A stretch of 38,680 nucleotides of DNA, taken from assembly GCA_944326645.1 (NCBI GenBank), contig CALVEW010000001.1, forward strand, positions 1 through 38,680, written 5' to 3'. The translations under genes were made by a program, and so were the position numbers. Position 1 is the stretch's first letter. Every line of letters begins with the position of its first letter. The notes below the pieces were generated by a model. It was not told where the DNA came from and ran no database searches. It worked only from the letters and a program-made list of their open reading frames with translations. This document shows, one piece after another, positions 1-11,050 of the stretch. This DNA comes from Candidatus Gastranaerophilales bacterium (GTDB lineage Bacteria > Cyanobacteriota > Vampirovibrionia > Gastranaerophilales > Gastranaerophilaceae).

Positions 1-79
1 GGGTAGGTATTGTTAAATGTTTCTATGGTATTATTGAAGGGGTAAATAAGGGGAAATTAAAAGGAAAAAGGAATATATT

Positions 80-2704
80 ATGTTAAAGCTTTTAGTAAAA
101 TTATTGGGTGGATCAAACGAAAAGAAAATAAAAGAGGCAATGCCAATAATTGACCATATCAATGCTTTAGAACCAGAATTTGAAAAAATGTCAGATGATG
201 AATTAAGAGCAAAAACAGATGAATTTAAAGAAATTTTAAAAAATCGTCCAACCTCAGATAATATAAAAGCAGATAGAATATTAGAAAAGGAAACCCTTGA
301 TAAAATTTTACCTGAAGCATTTGCGACAGTAAGAGAAGCAGCAAAAAGAACTTTAAATATGCGTCATTTTGATGTTCAGTTATTAGGTGGTTATTTCTTA
401 CATAATGGAAACATTGCAGAAATGAGAACAGGTGAAGGTAAAACCTTGGTTGCAACTCTTCCTGCTTACTTGAATGCTTTAACAGGGAAAGGTGTTCACG
501 TTATCACAGTTAATGATTATTTGGCAAAACGTGATAGCGAATGGATGGGAAGAATTTATAGATTTTTAGGTTTGACTGTTGGAGTAATATTATCAGGTGG
601 CAGAAATGAAATGGAATTTGAAGATAAAAAAGCTGCTTATGAATGTGATATTACTTATGGAACAAATAACGAATTTGGTTTTGATTATCTAAGAGATAAT
701 ATGGCCGGTTCATTGGATATGTTAGTTCAAAGACCATATAACTATGCAATTATTGACGAAGTTGACAGTATTTTAATTGATGAAGCAAGAACTCCATTAA
801 TTATTAGCGGTAAATTAGAAAAATCAGCTGATACATACAAATTGATGGCTAAAATTGCTCCTCTTTTAGAAAAAGATAAAGATTATGAAGTTGATGAAAA
901 AAATAAGAATGTAATTCTATCAGAAGAAGGAATTGATAGAGCTCAAGAATTAATCGGTTGTAAGGATTTATTTGATATCTCAACACAATATGCTCATCAT
1001 TTATTACAAGCACTAAAAGCCAAAGAATTATTTATCAAAGATACTGATTATGTAATCAAAGATGGTGAAGTTGTAATCGTTGATGAATTTACAGGTCGTT
1101 TAATGGAAGGCAGACGTTGGTCTGATGGTTTGCATCAAGCTGTTGAAGCTAAAGAAGGAGTAAAAATTCAAGACGAAACTCAAACATTAGCAAGTATTAC
1201 CTTCCAAAACTTATTTAGGCTATATCCAAAGTTATCAGGAATGACTGGTACTGCAATGACAGAAGAAGCAGAATTTGGTAAAATTTATAATTTGGAAGTT
1301 ACAGTAATTCCTACAAATAAAAAAGATATAAGAATAAATTATCCTGATGTAATTTATAAAACAGAAAGAGCAAAGTTTAATGCCGTAGTAGAAGATATCA
1401 TTGCACAGCATAAAATCGGTCGCCCTGTTTTAGTAGGTACAATTAGTATTGATAAATCAGAATATTTATCATCATTATTGAAAAAACGTGGCATTAAGCA
1501 TAATGTATTAAACGCAAAATATCATGAAAAAGAAGCATACATCATTGCTCAGGCAGGTCGTTATGGAGCTGTAACTATTGCAACGAATATGGCTGGTCGT
1601 GGTACTGATATTCTATTAGGTGGTAATGCAGAATATTTAGCAAAAGAAATGTTAGATAACAGAAAATACACACCTGATAAAACACCAAATTATGAAGAAA
1701 AGAAAAATGAAGCCTTAGCAGAAGCTAAAAAAATTACAACAGAAGAACATGATAAAGTTGTAGAAGTTGGCGGATTACATGTAATTGGTACAGAACGTCA
1801 TGAATCAAGACGTATCGATAATCAATTAAGAGGTCGTGCTGCAAGACAAGGGGACCCTGGTTCTACAAGATTCTTTTTATCATTAGAAGATAATTTGATG
1901 AGAATATTTGGTGGTGATAAATTAGTTACTTTGATGAATATGATGAATGTAGAAGAAGATATGGCAATAGAATCAGGATTGATTACAAAACAGATTCAAT
2001 CTGCTCAAAGAAAAGTTGAAACATATCACTTCGATATTCGTAAAAATGTCCTTGAGTATGATGATGTTATGAATATTCAAAGAGAAAAATTTTATGCTCA
2101 ACGACGCAAAGTATTGGCAGGTGGTAACCTAACAGAAGATATTATATTTATGATGGAACAGGAATTGGATAGAATTTTAAAAAGTTATATTTCACCTGAA
2201 CAACCTGTTGATGAATATATATATGATGACTTGGTTACAATGGTAAAAGAGATTCATTCAACCGTTCCACAATTAGATTATTTGAAAGTTGATGATATAA
2301 AAAATATGCGTTATGAAGAGATGTATGATAGATTAAAAGAAGGAATGTTAAACGCATATAGAGATCATGAAAAAGAAGTTATCACTTTCTACAACGATGT
2401 AATGAAAGAATATAATCCTGATAGAAAACCAGAAGAAATGTATGCAGATGACAATGTAATGCGTCATATTGAAAAGGATATTTTATTAAGAGTTGTAGAT
2501 AATAAATGGATTGATCACTTACATAATATTGATATGCTAAAAGATGGTATAGGTTTACGTGCATACGGTCAAAAAGATCCGTTAATTGAATATAAGCGCG
2601 AAGCATATGATTTATTCAATAATATGATGCACGAAATACAAGGTGATACAGTAAGATACCTATTCAGAACAAAATTTGGTGTTCAATTTGTAACAGAAGA
2701 ATAA
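80..2704 (+). CDS. secA: Preprotein translocase ATPase SecA
   Basis: 874-aa ORF with SecA motor motifs ([60 protein letters not shown]). Purine-rich SD upstream. Confidence 0.97.
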   Translation: MLKLLVKLLGGSNEKKIKEAMPIIDHINALEPEFEKMSDDELRAKTDEFKEILKNRPTSDNIKADRILEKETLDKILPEAFATVREAAKRTLNMRHFDVQLLGGYFLHNGNIAEMRTGEGKTLVATLPAYLNALTGKGVHVITVNDYLAKRDSEWMGRIYRFLGLTVGVILSGGRNEMEFEDKKAAYECDITYGTNNEFGFDYLRDNMAGSLDMLVQRPYNYAIIDEVDSILIDEARTPLIISGKLEKSADTYKLMAKIAPLLEKDKDYEVDEKNKNVILSEEGIDRAQELIGCKDLFDISTQYAHHLLQALKAKELFIKDTDYVIKDGEVVIVDEFTGRLMEGRRWSDGLHQAVEAKEGVKIQDETQTLASITFQNLFRLYPKLSGMTGTAMTEEAEFGKIYNLEVTVIPTNKKDIRINYPDVIYKTERAKFNAVVEDIIAQHKIGRPVLVGTISIDKSEYLSSLLKKRGIKHNVLNAKYHEKEAYIIAQAGRYGAVTIATNMAGRGTDILLGGNAEYLAKEMLDNRKYTPDKTPNYEEKKNEALAEAKKITTEEHDKVVEVGGLHVIGTERHESRRIDNQLRGRAARQGDPGSTRFFLSLEDNLMRIFGGDKLVTLMNMMNVEEDMAIESGLITKQIQSAQRKVETYHFDIRKNVLEYDDVMNIQREKFYAQRRKVLAGGNLTEDIIFMMEQELDRILKSYISPEQPVDEYIYDDLVTMVKEIHSTVPQLDYLKVDDIKNMRYEEMYDRLKEGMLNAYRDHEKEVITFYNDVMKEYNPDRKPEEMYADDNVMRHIEKDILLRVVDNKWIDHLHNIDMLKDGIGLRAYGQKDPLIEYKREAYDLFNNMMHEIQGDTVRYLFRTKFGVQFVTEE

Positions 2705-2727
2705 TTAAAATATAAAGAAAGATAAAT

Positions 2728-4026
2728 ATGCAAATCGCAATAGTTGGAACAGGATATGTTGGTTTAGTAGCAGGTGTTTGTTTTGCCGATATGGGCAACG
2801 AAGTTATTTGTGTTGATAATAACGAAGAAAAAATTGAACGATTAAATCAAGGAATAATACCAATATATGAGCCAGGTCTTGAAGAACTTGTTAAATCTAA
2901 TGTTCTTGAAAATAGACTTGTTTTTTCGTCAGATTTAGATTCTGCAGTAAAGCAATCACAGGTTTGTTTTATAGCAGTTGGAACACCTCAAGGCGAAGAT
3001 GGTTCAGCAGATTTACAATATGTATTTGATGTTGCAGAATCAATTGCAAAATCAATGAATGAATACAAAGTAATAGTTGATAAATCGACTGTTCCTGTAG
3101 GAACAGCTGAAAAAGTTGCAAATATTATTAAAGCAAATACCATTTACCCCTTTGACGTAGTTTCTAATCCTGAATTTTTAAAACAAGGGAATGCAGTAGA
3201 TGATTTTCTACATCCTGATAGAGTCATTATTGGTTCAGATTCAGATAAAGCAACTCAAATTATGCAAGATATTTATGCTCCATTTTTTAGAACAGGTAAT
3301 CGTGTGATAGTAATGGATGTAAAATCAGCAGAAATGACTAAATATGCAGCAAATTCATTTCTTGCCACAAAAATATCTTTTATGAATGAAATCGCAAATC
3401 TTTGTGAAAAAGTTGGTGCAGATGCGGAAATGGTTAGAGTTGGTATGTCGACAGATAGCCGAATCGGAAACAAATTTTTATTTCCGGGACTTGGTTATGG
3501 CGGAAGTTGTTTCCCTAAAGATGTCAAAGCCCTAATAAACACAGGATTAGAAAATGGTTGTGAAATGAGTATAATTTCTTCTGCAGATAAAGTTAATAAT
3601 AAACAAAGAAATATATTTATTGAAAAAATAACCAAACGATTTGGAGAAAATTTAGAGGGTAAAACATTCGGGATATGGGGTTTGTCATTTAAACCTAAAA
3701 CTAATGATATGCGCGAAGCTCCTTCTATAACGATAATTAATTCATTATTAGAGTGTGGCGCAAAAGTAAAAGCTTTTGATCCTAAAGCTATTGAAACTGC
3801 TAAATTTTATTTTGGAGATAAAATAACTTATGCAAAAACATCCTACGAAGCATTAGAAAACGCTGATAGTATGTTACTTTTAACAGAATGGAACGAATTT
3901 AGACGACCAGATTTTGAAAAAATAAAATCTTTATTAAAATATCCGATAATTTTTGACGGAAGAAACCAATATGATTCAAAAAGGCTTAAAGAAAAAGGAT
4001 TTGAATATTATCAGATAGGAAAATAA
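2728..4026 (+). CDS. ugd: UDP-glucose 6-dehydrogenase
   Basis: 432 aa. N-terminal Rossmann motif IAIVGTGYVGLV and catalytic-Cys region GYGGSCFPKD, both typical of the UDP-glucose/GDP-mannose dehydrogenase family. Confidence 0.93.
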   Translation: MQIAIVGTGYVGLVAGVCFADMGNEVICVDNNEEKIERLNQGIIPIYEPGLEELVKSNVLENRLVFSSDLDSAVKQSQVCFIAVGTPQGEDGSADLQYVFDVAESIAKSMNEYKVIVDKSTVPVGTAEKVANIIKANTIYPFDVVSNPEFLKQGNAVDDFLHPDRVIIGSDSDKATQIMQDIYAPFFRTGNRVIVMDVKSAEMTKYAANSFLATKISFMNEIANLCEKVGADAEMVRVGMSTDSRIGNKFLFPGLGYGGSCFPKDVKALINTGLENGCEMSIISSADKVNNKQRNIFIEKITKRFGENLEGKTFGIWGLSFKPKTNDMREAPSITIINSLLECGAKVKAFDPKAIETAKFYFGDKITYAKTSYEALENADSMLLLTEWNEFRRPDFEKIKSLLKYPIIFDGRNQYDSKRLKEKGFEYYQIGK

Positions 4027-4061
4027 ACATATAATTTTTTATCAGCAATTAATAATTTATA

Positions 4062-4100
4062 ATAAAAAACGGGACTTTGAAAAAAGTCCCGTTTTCTTTT
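4062..4100. terminator. Bidirectional rho-independent terminator between convergent ugd and glgP
   Basis: 10-bp perfect stem AACGGGACTT/AAGTCCCGTT (4068-4077/4084-4093) with a 6-nt loop. A-run upstream and T-run downstream, so a U-tract follows the hairpin on both strands. Confidence 0.8.
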
Positions 4101-4116
4101 ATGATTTTATCTTTTT

Positions 4117-5808
4117 TTATTTGATATTTGAGAAAGTCCAAGCATCAAATGTAGGAGTTTCAGAAATATTTAATTCTTTCTTTTCTTCACCTGTACAAGA
4201 ATCATCATGAGCGATTGGTTTATACAATCTGTTATAGTATTCGATAACCATTCTATCAGAGTTGAAGTATCCTTCAGCAGTTCTGATAGCTTGACGCATC
4301 ATTCTAGCCCATTCAGGTTTGTTATTGTAGTAAGTAGGAATGATTTGGTCTTCGATAATACTCATAACGCATTCATGATCTTTCCAATGACGTTCTTCCC
4401 AAGGCATATCATCATCTAATCCTTCGTATTCAACAGTATAACCGTTGATTCCGTTGAATGTACCTTCAACAGTCCATCCATCAAAGATTGATAAGTGTAA
4501 TGCACCGTTTGCATTAGCAGACATACCTGAAGTTCCTGATGCTTCGAATGGTCTTAATGGAGTGTTTAACCAAATATCTGAACCACGTTTTAACATACCT
4601 GATAATTTTAATTCATAACCTGGTAAAACAACAACATTTTTCAATGTGTGTGAACGGTTCAATAATTTGTTGAACATTTCTTTACCCATTACATCATCCG
4701 GGTGGAACTTACCTGCGAAAATAATTTGGATTTTATTTTCATTTAATAATTTTTCGATTCTTTCCTTGTTCATTAAGATTAACCAAGCACGTTTGTAATC
4801 AGCAAATCTTCTTGCCCAAGTAATTGTTAATACGTTAGGATCGAATCTCTTACCTGCTACGTTTGCAATGTATTTGAATAATTTTTTCTTCATTTCTAAT
4901 TTAGCAGATAATAATTCTTCATCAGTAGAATCTCCTGACATTCTCTTATCTTGCCAGTAATGTAGGTTAACAGCGTTGGTGATAGCTCTGATTGGACATC
5001 TTCCATCAACCCATTCCCACATTTTGTTAGCAACTAAACCGTGTAATTGAGATACAGCGTTAGCAATTCTTGACATTCTTAAAGCAGCAACTGTTAATGA
5101 GAAGTTTTCTCCACCTAATTGTACAGCTCTTTCTCTTGAACATCCTGAGAAGAAACCACCTTCTAATAATGTATCTATCCAATGTACTTCGTTACCTGCT
5201 GCAACAGGAGTGTGAGTTGTAAATACAGTTTTCTTTTTAACTTCGTTTAAGTCACCGTTGTATTGTCTTAATAATTCAAATGCTGCAGGTAAAGCGTGAC
5301 CTTCGTTCATGTGAACTACATCAAAGTTATAACCAACTTTTTGTAATACTCTGATACCTGCAATACCTAAAATTGTTTCTTGAGCTATTCTGATTCTTTC
5401 ATCTCCATCATATAATCTGTGAGAGATTCTCTTAGCCCATTCGCTGTTTCCTTCGATATCTGTTGTTAGTAAATATACAGGGCAAGCTCCGAATAATTCA
5501 GGTTCTACTCTGTATGCTTTTACTTTAACTTTTTCTCCAAAAGTTTCTACTTCTACTGTAACATTAATATCAGTTAAGAAATCATAATATTTTCTGATAT
5601 AAGCTACTTCTACTTGTCCTGAATGATCGATACGTTGATCATAATAACCGTAAGACCATAACATTGTTACACCAACCATAGGCATTTGAAGATATCCTGC
5701 AGATAACATGTGAGAACCTGCTAAGAATCCTAAACCACCTGAGTAAGTTGATAATGATTGGTCTAGTGCAATTTCCATAGAAAAATACGCTACGTTTGGT
5801 AATGACAT
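4117..5808 (-). CDS. glgP: Alpha-glucan phosphorylase (GT35, short about 560-aa type)
   Basis: 563 aa. N-terminus AYFSMEIAL...YSGGLGFLAG and C-terminal EASGTSGMSANANGAL (PLP-Lys region) are typical of the alpha-glucan phosphorylase family. Codon choice looks like that of a highly expressed gene. Confidence 0.9.
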   Translation of the reverse strand: MSLPNVAYFSMEIALDQSLSTYSGGLGFLAGSHMLSAGYLQMPMVGVTMLWSYGYYDQRIDHSGQVEVAYIRKYYDFLTDINVTVEVETFGEKVKVKAYRVEPELFGACPVYLLTTDIEGNSEWAKRISHRLYDGDERIRIAQETILGIAGIRVLQKVGYNFDVVHMNEGHALPAAFELLRQYNGDLNEVKKKTVFTTHTPVAAGNEVHWIDTLLEGGFFSGCSRERAVQLGGENFSLTVAALRMSRIANAVSQLHGLVANKMWEWVDGRCPIRAITNAVNLHYWQDKRMSGDSTDEELLSAKLEMKKKLFKYIANVAGKRFDPNVLTITWARRFADYKRAWLILMNKERIEKLLNENKIQIIFAGKFHPDDVMGKEMFNKLLNRSHTLKNVVVLPGYELKLSGMLKRGSDIWLNTPLRPFEASGTSGMSANANGALHLSIFDGWTVEGTFNGINGYTVEYEGLDDDMPWEERHWKDHECVMSIIEDQIIPTYYNNKPEWARMMRQAIRTAEGYFNSDRMVIEYYNRLYKPIAHDDSCTGEEKKELNISETPTFDAWTFSNIK

Positions 5809-5871
5809 AATTTATACCCTTTTTCTTGTGTGTAAACATAAAACATGGATTTATTTTTTCCACGTTCCATT

Positions 5872-5900
5872 AATATAACAACAAAATACTATGAAATCAA
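5872..5900 (-). promoter_or_regulatory. Predicted sigma70-type promoter of glgP
   Basis: On the - strand, TTGATT, a 17-nt spacer, then TATATT, about 60 nt upstream of the glgP ATG. Confidence 0.4.
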
Positions 5901-6010
5901 TCTTTTTTCAAAAACTTTAAAATATCTCAAATCAACAAAATAGCTGCTTTGCAGATATTTCATACTTTTTAGGGGATTATTGCTTTGTTAAAAAAATTAA
6001 TACTTTTGGA

Positions 6011-7000
6011 TTAATTCTTCAATATTATTTGACTTATGTCATGATAATCAAATTTTAAACAAGGTAATTCCATACATGAAATAGTTCTTCTTTCCCATAA
6101 ACATGGTTTATCAGGACATGTACAATTATTTTTTAGAGCTATTACATTTTCATTTTGAGGAATTAATTTTTTATCATCTGTTGGACCAAAAAATACATAT
6201 GTTTTTACACCTAAGCCAACAGCAATATGTAAAGGAGCAGAATCTGAACATACAAATTTTTCTGCAGATGATATTAATTCTGCTAATTCGGTTAAATTTT
6301 TTGTTGTTCCGTATAAATTTTCATAATCTTTATGTTTTGTATATTCTTCAATTTCTTTTATACAATCTTTATCATCAGGTCCACCAATCAAAATAACTTT
6401 TTTACCTGCTTCTTGTAATAAATCAACTAATTGAGCCCACTCATAGCCTTGTATTGTTTTAATGATACCTTTAATTCGGCTCATTCTGCTTACCCCGGGG
6501 TGAATGATTACAGAATTTGGAATTTTTTGTTTTATATTAATATCTAATATTGGTAATTCAGTAATTTGATTTGTTAATGGGGTTACTAAATCGTGATACA
6601 TTTTAGCTGCATATTGATTTTTATTCAATGTTACTGCATCTGTTAAAAGCATTTTGCTTAAACTTCCTGTATCAAAACCTATTCTTCTTGGTATAAATGT
6701 ACTTGCAGATATTACACTCATCATTGGATTTGCTCCTGATGTAATTATTGTGTCATATCCTCCAGTCATTCCATGAAAAATTAAACGAAGTAATTCTGTA
6801 TATTTGTTTTTTGTTTTGATATCTATGGTTAAAACTTCATCTATAATATCAGATAAATCTTTAATCCCTTTTGCTCGAGATTCTAAGGCTAATGTTATAT
6901 GTGAATCCGGATATTCTTTTTTTAATGACCATAGAGCCGGTAAAAATAATATCTCATCACCAATTCCGCCAAAATTTACTGCTAATATTTTTTTAACCAT
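6011..7000 (-). CDS. Glycosyltransferase family 9 (ADP-heptose:LPS heptosyltransferase-like)
   Basis: N-terminus KILAVNFGGIGDEILFLPAL and C-terminal DSAPLHIAVGLG are typical of GT9. Start moved to ATG 7000 (SD GAGGT 6 nt upstream) from the track's TTG at 7015. Confidence 0.85.
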   Translation of the reverse strand: MVKKILAVNFGGIGDEILFLPALWSLKKEYPDSHITLALESRAKGIKDLSDIIDEVLTIDIKTKNKYTELLRLIFHGMTGGYDTIITSGANPMMSVISASTFIPRRIGFDTGSLSKMLLTDAVTLNKNQYAAKMYHDLVTPLTNQITELPILDINIKQKIPNSVIIHPGVSRMSRIKGIIKTIQGYEWAQLVDLLQEAGKKVILIGGPDDKDCIKEIEEYTKHKDYENLYGTTKNLTELAELISSAEKFVCSDSAPLHIAVGLGVKTYVFFGPTDDKKLIPQNENVIALKNNCTCPDKPCLWERRTISCMELPCLKFDYHDISQIILKN

Positions 7001-7058
7001 ATTATTACCTCGCAAATATTATTTTAATATAAAAATTGATTATTGTTAATAAAATATA

Positions 7059-7126
7059 TTCCGTGCTATTTGTATGTTTTTCAAAAACATGATATTATAT
7101 TTAAAATACAACTTATAGCACGGGAA
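7059..7126. promoter_or_regulatory. Inverted repeat bracketing the XRE-gene promoter (candidate operator pair)
   Basis: TTCCGTGCTAT (7059-7069) and ATAGCACGGGAA (7115-7126). The 9-bp core CCGTGCTAT/ATAGCACGG is perfectly complementary. The arms abut the predicted -35 and the SD. Confidence 0.45.
7070..7098 (+). promoter_or_regulatory. Predicted promoter of the XRE-family gene
   Basis: TTGTAT, a 17-nt spacer, then TATTAT, with an extended-10 TG at 7090-7091. Confidence 0.4.
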
Positions 7127-7131
7127 ATGAA

Positions 7132-7350
7132 ATGAATCAAAATGAATTTATTATAAAAAGATTTAAAGAATTAAGAGAAGAATTTAATCTTTCTCCTGAT
7201 GAATTAGGAAAAAAGATGAGTAAAAATGGAAGTTATATAAATGCAATTGAACTTGGTTTAAAAAATGTTGGAATATTGCATGTTCTTAAATTATGTGAAG
7301 TTTTAAATATAGAGCCAAATAAGTTTTATGAAGGATATGTAGAAGAATAA
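7132..7350 (+). CDS. XRE/Cro-C1 family helix-turn-helix transcriptional regulator
   Basis: 72 aa. The pattern FKELREEFNLSPDELGKKMSKNGSYINAIELG matches HTH_3-type regulators. Confidence 0.8.
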   Translation: MNQNEFIIKRFKELREEFNLSPDELGKKMSKNGSYINAIELGLKNVGILHVLKLCEVLNIEPNKFYEGYVEE

Positions 7351-7443
7351 TAATATTATGGTTTTTTAATTTACATTTATTCCTACTTTGTAGTAAAATT
7401 ATTCTATATTTGAAAGAATAAGCAAAAGGGGGTTGGGGTAAAT

Positions 7444-8718
7444 ATGGAAACAGGTATTTACTCTGTAAAATTAGAAGATTTAAAAGGTCATCGTATCTCA
7501 ACAGATACAAGAACTATTCAAAAAGGTGACATTTATTTACCATTAAAAGGTGCAAATTTTGATGGTGAAAAATTCATATCTCAAGCAGTAGAAAAAGGTG
7601 CAATTGGTTTTTTAACAACAGGTGATGAAAAAATTGACGGAACAATATCTTTTAAAGTTCCTGATACAAAAATTGCTTATTTAGAATTAGCATCTCAAAG
7701 AAGATTAAAAATTAACCCTAAGGTTATTCTTATTACAGGAAGTTCAGGAAAAACTACAACTAAAGAACTTGTTTATTCTGTTATTTCTCAAAAATACAAA
7801 ACTTTTAAAACCCCACTTAATCACAATAACGAAATCGGATTTTGCCAAACGATTTTTGAAATGCCTGATGATACAGAAGTTCTTGTATTAGAAGCAGGCA
7901 TGAGAGGGTTAGGAGAAATTGAATTAATTTCAAAATATGCAATTCCTGATATTACAATCATTTCTAATGTCGGAACAGCTCATATTGGAAGATTAGGTTC
8001 TCGTGATAATATTGCAATAGCTAAATGCGAAGTTGTAAAATATCAAAAAAATGATGGATTGTTTATTGGTCACGATGATGAATTAATCCACAAACATCTT
8101 AATTTTGATGGTGAAAAGATTTTTTACTCAATAAATAATACAGAAATTGTTGAAAGAAAAATTGGTTATTCTAAATTTAATTATAAAAATTCTGAATACC
8201 TTTTAAACATTGAAGGTGATTATAATATAGAAAATTCTATTGCTGCAATAGAAGCAGGTTTGGCTTTACATATTTCACCTGATGAAATACAAAAAGGTTT
8301 AGAAGAATACAAACCAATAGAAAAACGTTGGGAGATTGAGCATGTTGGAAAGTTTGATATCATTAATGACAGCTATAATGCTAATCCTGAATCCATGAAA
8401 GCAACATTAAAAACAATTTTTGATCTTTATCCTGATGCGTTAATTGTTTTAGGTGATATGGGTGAATTAGGTGAAAATGAAAAAATTTACCATAAAGAAG
8501 TTGGTGATTTTATTCAAAAAAATGCTCATTCTACAAATAAATTTGTAACGGTTGGAGATTTAGCAAAAGAAATTTATAGCAAAAATAATTTTTCTAACAA
8601 TGAATCTGCTGCTCGTTATATAATAGAAACATATAAAGAAGGTGCAACTATATTTTTTAAAGCATCCAGATCAATGAAATTTGAAGAAATTATAAATTAC
8701 ATAAAGGAGAACATCTAA
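7444..8718 (+). CDS. murF: UDP-N-acetylmuramoyl-tripeptide--D-alanyl-D-alanine ligase
   Basis: Mur ligase P-loop ITGSSGKTTTKE. Position immediately upstream of mraY. 424 aa. Confidence 0.9.
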   Translation: METGIYSVKLEDLKGHRISTDTRTIQKGDIYLPLKGANFDGEKFISQAVEKGAIGFLTTGDEKIDGTISFKVPDTKIAYLELASQRRLKINPKVILITGSSGKTTTKELVYSVISQKYKTFKTPLNHNNEIGFCQTIFEMPDDTEVLVLEAGMRGLGEIELISKYAIPDITIISNVGTAHIGRLGSRDNIAIAKCEVVKYQKNDGLFIGHDDELIHKHLNFDGEKIFYSINNTEIVERKIGYSKFNYKNSEYLLNIEGDYNIENSIAAIEAGLALHISPDEIQKGLEEYKPIEKRWEIEHVGKFDIINDSYNANPESMKATLKTIFDLYPDALIVLGDMGELGENEKIYHKEVGDFIQKNAHSTNKFVTVGDLAKEIYSKNNFSNNESAARYIIETYKEGATIFFKASRSMKFEEIINYIKENI

Positions 8719-9701
8719 TGATAATGACTTCCGTATCCTTTTTATTAGGATTAATTTTATGCTTGTTATTTGGAATTCCATATATTGATTTTTTAAAGAA
8801 AAGGACTATTGGTCAGTATATTAGAGAAGAAGCTCCTGAAGCTCACGCTCAAAAAGCGGGAACTCCTACAACTGGTGGGGTATTTATAATTTTAGCTGCT
8901 TTATTAGCTTCTGTTACAACATTATTTATGGCAGAAAAATTTATTACTGCAGCTTGGATTGTTTTGATTACATTTTTATTTTATGCGCTTGCAGGTTTTC
9001 AAGATGATTTCTTAAAAATAAAAGGACACGAAAATAAAGGTTTGAGTGCAAGGGGTAAATTATTGCGCCAAATTATTATTGCATTACTTCCAATATTTTA
9101 TGCAATTCAAACTTATGGAACTTTTGGAACTCAAATTTCGTTTGGACATGTTGTTATTGATTTAGGTTGGTGGTATCCAATACTTGCTATTTTAGCTGTT
9201 ACTGGTGCTTCTAATGCTTACAATTTAACAGATGGATTAGACGGATTAGCTGCATCAACAGGTGTTCCTGTATTTATGGCTTGCTCTGCTATTGCTTTAT
9301 TATCAAATTATGATTATATTGCAATAATATCTGCTGCTATGGCAGGAGCTTTATTAGGGTTCTTAAAATATAATAAACCTAAAGCTCAAGTTTTTATGGG
9401 TGATACAGGTTCTTTAGCTATCGGTGGTTTATTAGGTACTTTAGCTATTATGGGTAAATTTGAAATTTATTTAATCCTTTTAGCAGGTATTTTTGTTATT
9501 GAATGTTTATCTGTTATGATTCAGGTTACTAGTTTCAAATTAACAGGAAAAAGAGTTTTTAAAATGTCACCTATTCACCATCATTTTGAACTTTGTGGAT
9601 TTACAGAAAGACAAATTGTAAAAGGTTTTGCTATTGTTTCTTGTATTTTCTCAGGTTTAGCTGTTTTAATTTTTGAATTATTTCACACAGGGGTTCTATA
9701 A
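8718..9701 (+). CDS. mraY: Phospho-N-acetylmuramoyl-pentapeptide transferase
   Basis: 327-aa polytopic membrane protein with the MraY motifs NAYNLTDGLDGLA, FMGDTGSLAIGG and SPIHHHFE. Its start overlaps the murF stop (TAATG). Confidence 0.95.
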   Translation: MIMTSVSFLLGLILCLLFGIPYIDFLKKRTIGQYIREEAPEAHAQKAGTPTTGGVFIILAALLASVTTLFMAEKFITAAWIVLITFLFYALAGFQDDFLKIKGHENKGLSARGKLLRQIIIALLPIFYAIQTYGTFGTQISFGHVVIDLGWWYPILAILAVTGASNAYNLTDGLDGLAASTGVPVFMACSAIALLSNYDYIAIISAAMAGALLGFLKYNKPKAQVFMGDTGSLAIGGLLGTLAIMGKFEIYLILLAGIFVIECLSVMIQVTSFKLTGKRVFKMSPIHHHFELCGFTERQIVKGFAIVSCIFSGLAVLIFELFHTGVL

Positions 9702-11050
9702 TGATTACTAACTGGCATGATAAAAAAGTTTTAATAATGGGTTTTTCATTAAGTGGGAAATCTGCGGCAAAATATCTTGCAGGTAAAGGGGCTGAAGTTT
9801 ATATAACAGAAGGCAGAGAAGAAAAAGAAGAAGATAAACAAGATATTAAAGAATTAAAAAAATTAGGAATAAAAATAGAGTTTGGAAAACATTCTGACAA
9901 GTTTATTGAAAATTCTTATGTTGCAATAATAAGTCCTAGTGTTCCATTAGAGTCTGAATTGTATAAAAAAGTTAAAGAAAAAAATGTTCAAATAATATCA
10001 GAAGTAGAACTTGCATACAAAGAAACAGGAAAGCCATTTGTTGCTATAACAGGAACTAATGGAAAAACAACTACTACTGCATTAGTTTCACATATTTTGT
10101 CTTCTGAATATAATGCACCTGTATGCGGAAATATTGGAGTTCCGCCAACATCTTTATTAAATTCTGATGTTGATTATTTTGTTTGTGAATTAAGTTCTTT
10201 CCAAATGGAGCATACAAACGCTTTCAGAGCTCAAATTGCTTGTTGGACTAATTTTACTCCTGATCATATTACTTGGCATGGTACATTAGAAAATTATTTT
10301 AACGCAAAAGCTAAACTGTTTAAAAACCCAACTGCAGCTGCCTTTGCAATATTAAATGGTGCTGATGAAAAATTATTAGAATTTTCTAAAACTTGTGCAG
10401 GTCAAATTTTCTTATTTGATAAAGAAACTGATGATAATTGTTGCTATATCAAAGAGGATAGTATTTATTTTAAGCGTAAAGGCAAAGAAGAATTTATTAT
10501 TAAATTATCAGATTGTCCTTTAATTGGTCATCATAATTATCAAAATATTATGTGTGGTGTTATTATTGCAAAATTAATTGGAATAACAAATGAACATATT
10601 AAAGAAAGAATTATTAATTTTGTTGTTCCTGAACACAGATTAGAAAAAGTTAGAGAATATAATGGAATAACTTTTTATAACGATTCAAAAGCAACAAACC
10701 CTGAAGCTTCTATTGTTGCTATAAATTCATTTAATAACTGCGATGTTGCATTAATTGCAGGAGGTAGAGATAAATTAACTACTTTAGATGAATTTTGTGA
10801 ATCTGTAAAAAATCATATCAAAACAGTTATTTTAATAGGAGAAGCAACTGAAAGATTCGAAGAAAATTTAAAATCATCAGGCTTCAATAACATAATAAAA
10901 GCAGATTCACTTGAATCAGCTATTGATAAAGCAATTGAATTAAAACCGGATAATGTTTTATTATCACCGGCATGTGCAAGTTTTGATATGTTCAAAGGTT
11001 ACGAAGAAAGAGGAACGGTTTTTAAAGAATATGTATTATCAAAGAAATAA
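9701..11050 (+). CDS. murD: UDP-N-acetylmuramoylalanine--D-glutamate ligase
   Basis: Mur ligase P-loop ITGTNGKTTTT, an N-terminal Rossmann-like GFSLSGKSAAKYL, and dcw gene order. Confidence 0.9.
   Translation: MITNWHDKKVLIMGFSLSGKSAAKYLAGKGAEVYITEGREEKEEDKQDIKELKKLGIKIEFGKHSDKFIENSYVAIISPSVPLESELYKKVKEKNVQIISEVELAYKETGKPFVAITGTNGKTTTTALVSHILSSEYNAPVCGNIGVPPTSLLNSDVDYFVCELSSFQMEHTNAFRAQIACWTNFTPDHITWHGTLENYFNAKAKLFKNPTAAAFAILNGADEKLLEFSKTCAGQIFLFDKETDDNCCYIKEDSIYFKRKGKEEFIIKLSDCPLIGHHNYQNIMCGVIIAKLIGITNEHIKERIINFVVPEHRLEKVREYNGITFYNDSKATNPEASIVAINSFNNCDVALIAGGRDKLTTLDEFCESVKNHIKTVILIGEATERFEENLKSSGFNNIIKADSLESAIDKAIELKPDNVLLSPACASFDMFKGYEERGTVFKEYVLSKK

Noticed and set aside
10953-11030. N-terminal extensions of several track ORFs: ftsW from 10953, GtrA-like from TTG 26548, GT9 from TTG 7015, the 189-aa gene from 25120, and nadC from 18516.
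   Set aside because: The extensions overlap upstream genes or lack an SD, while internal starts have better SD or signal features. Exact starts remain uncertain without N-terminal data.
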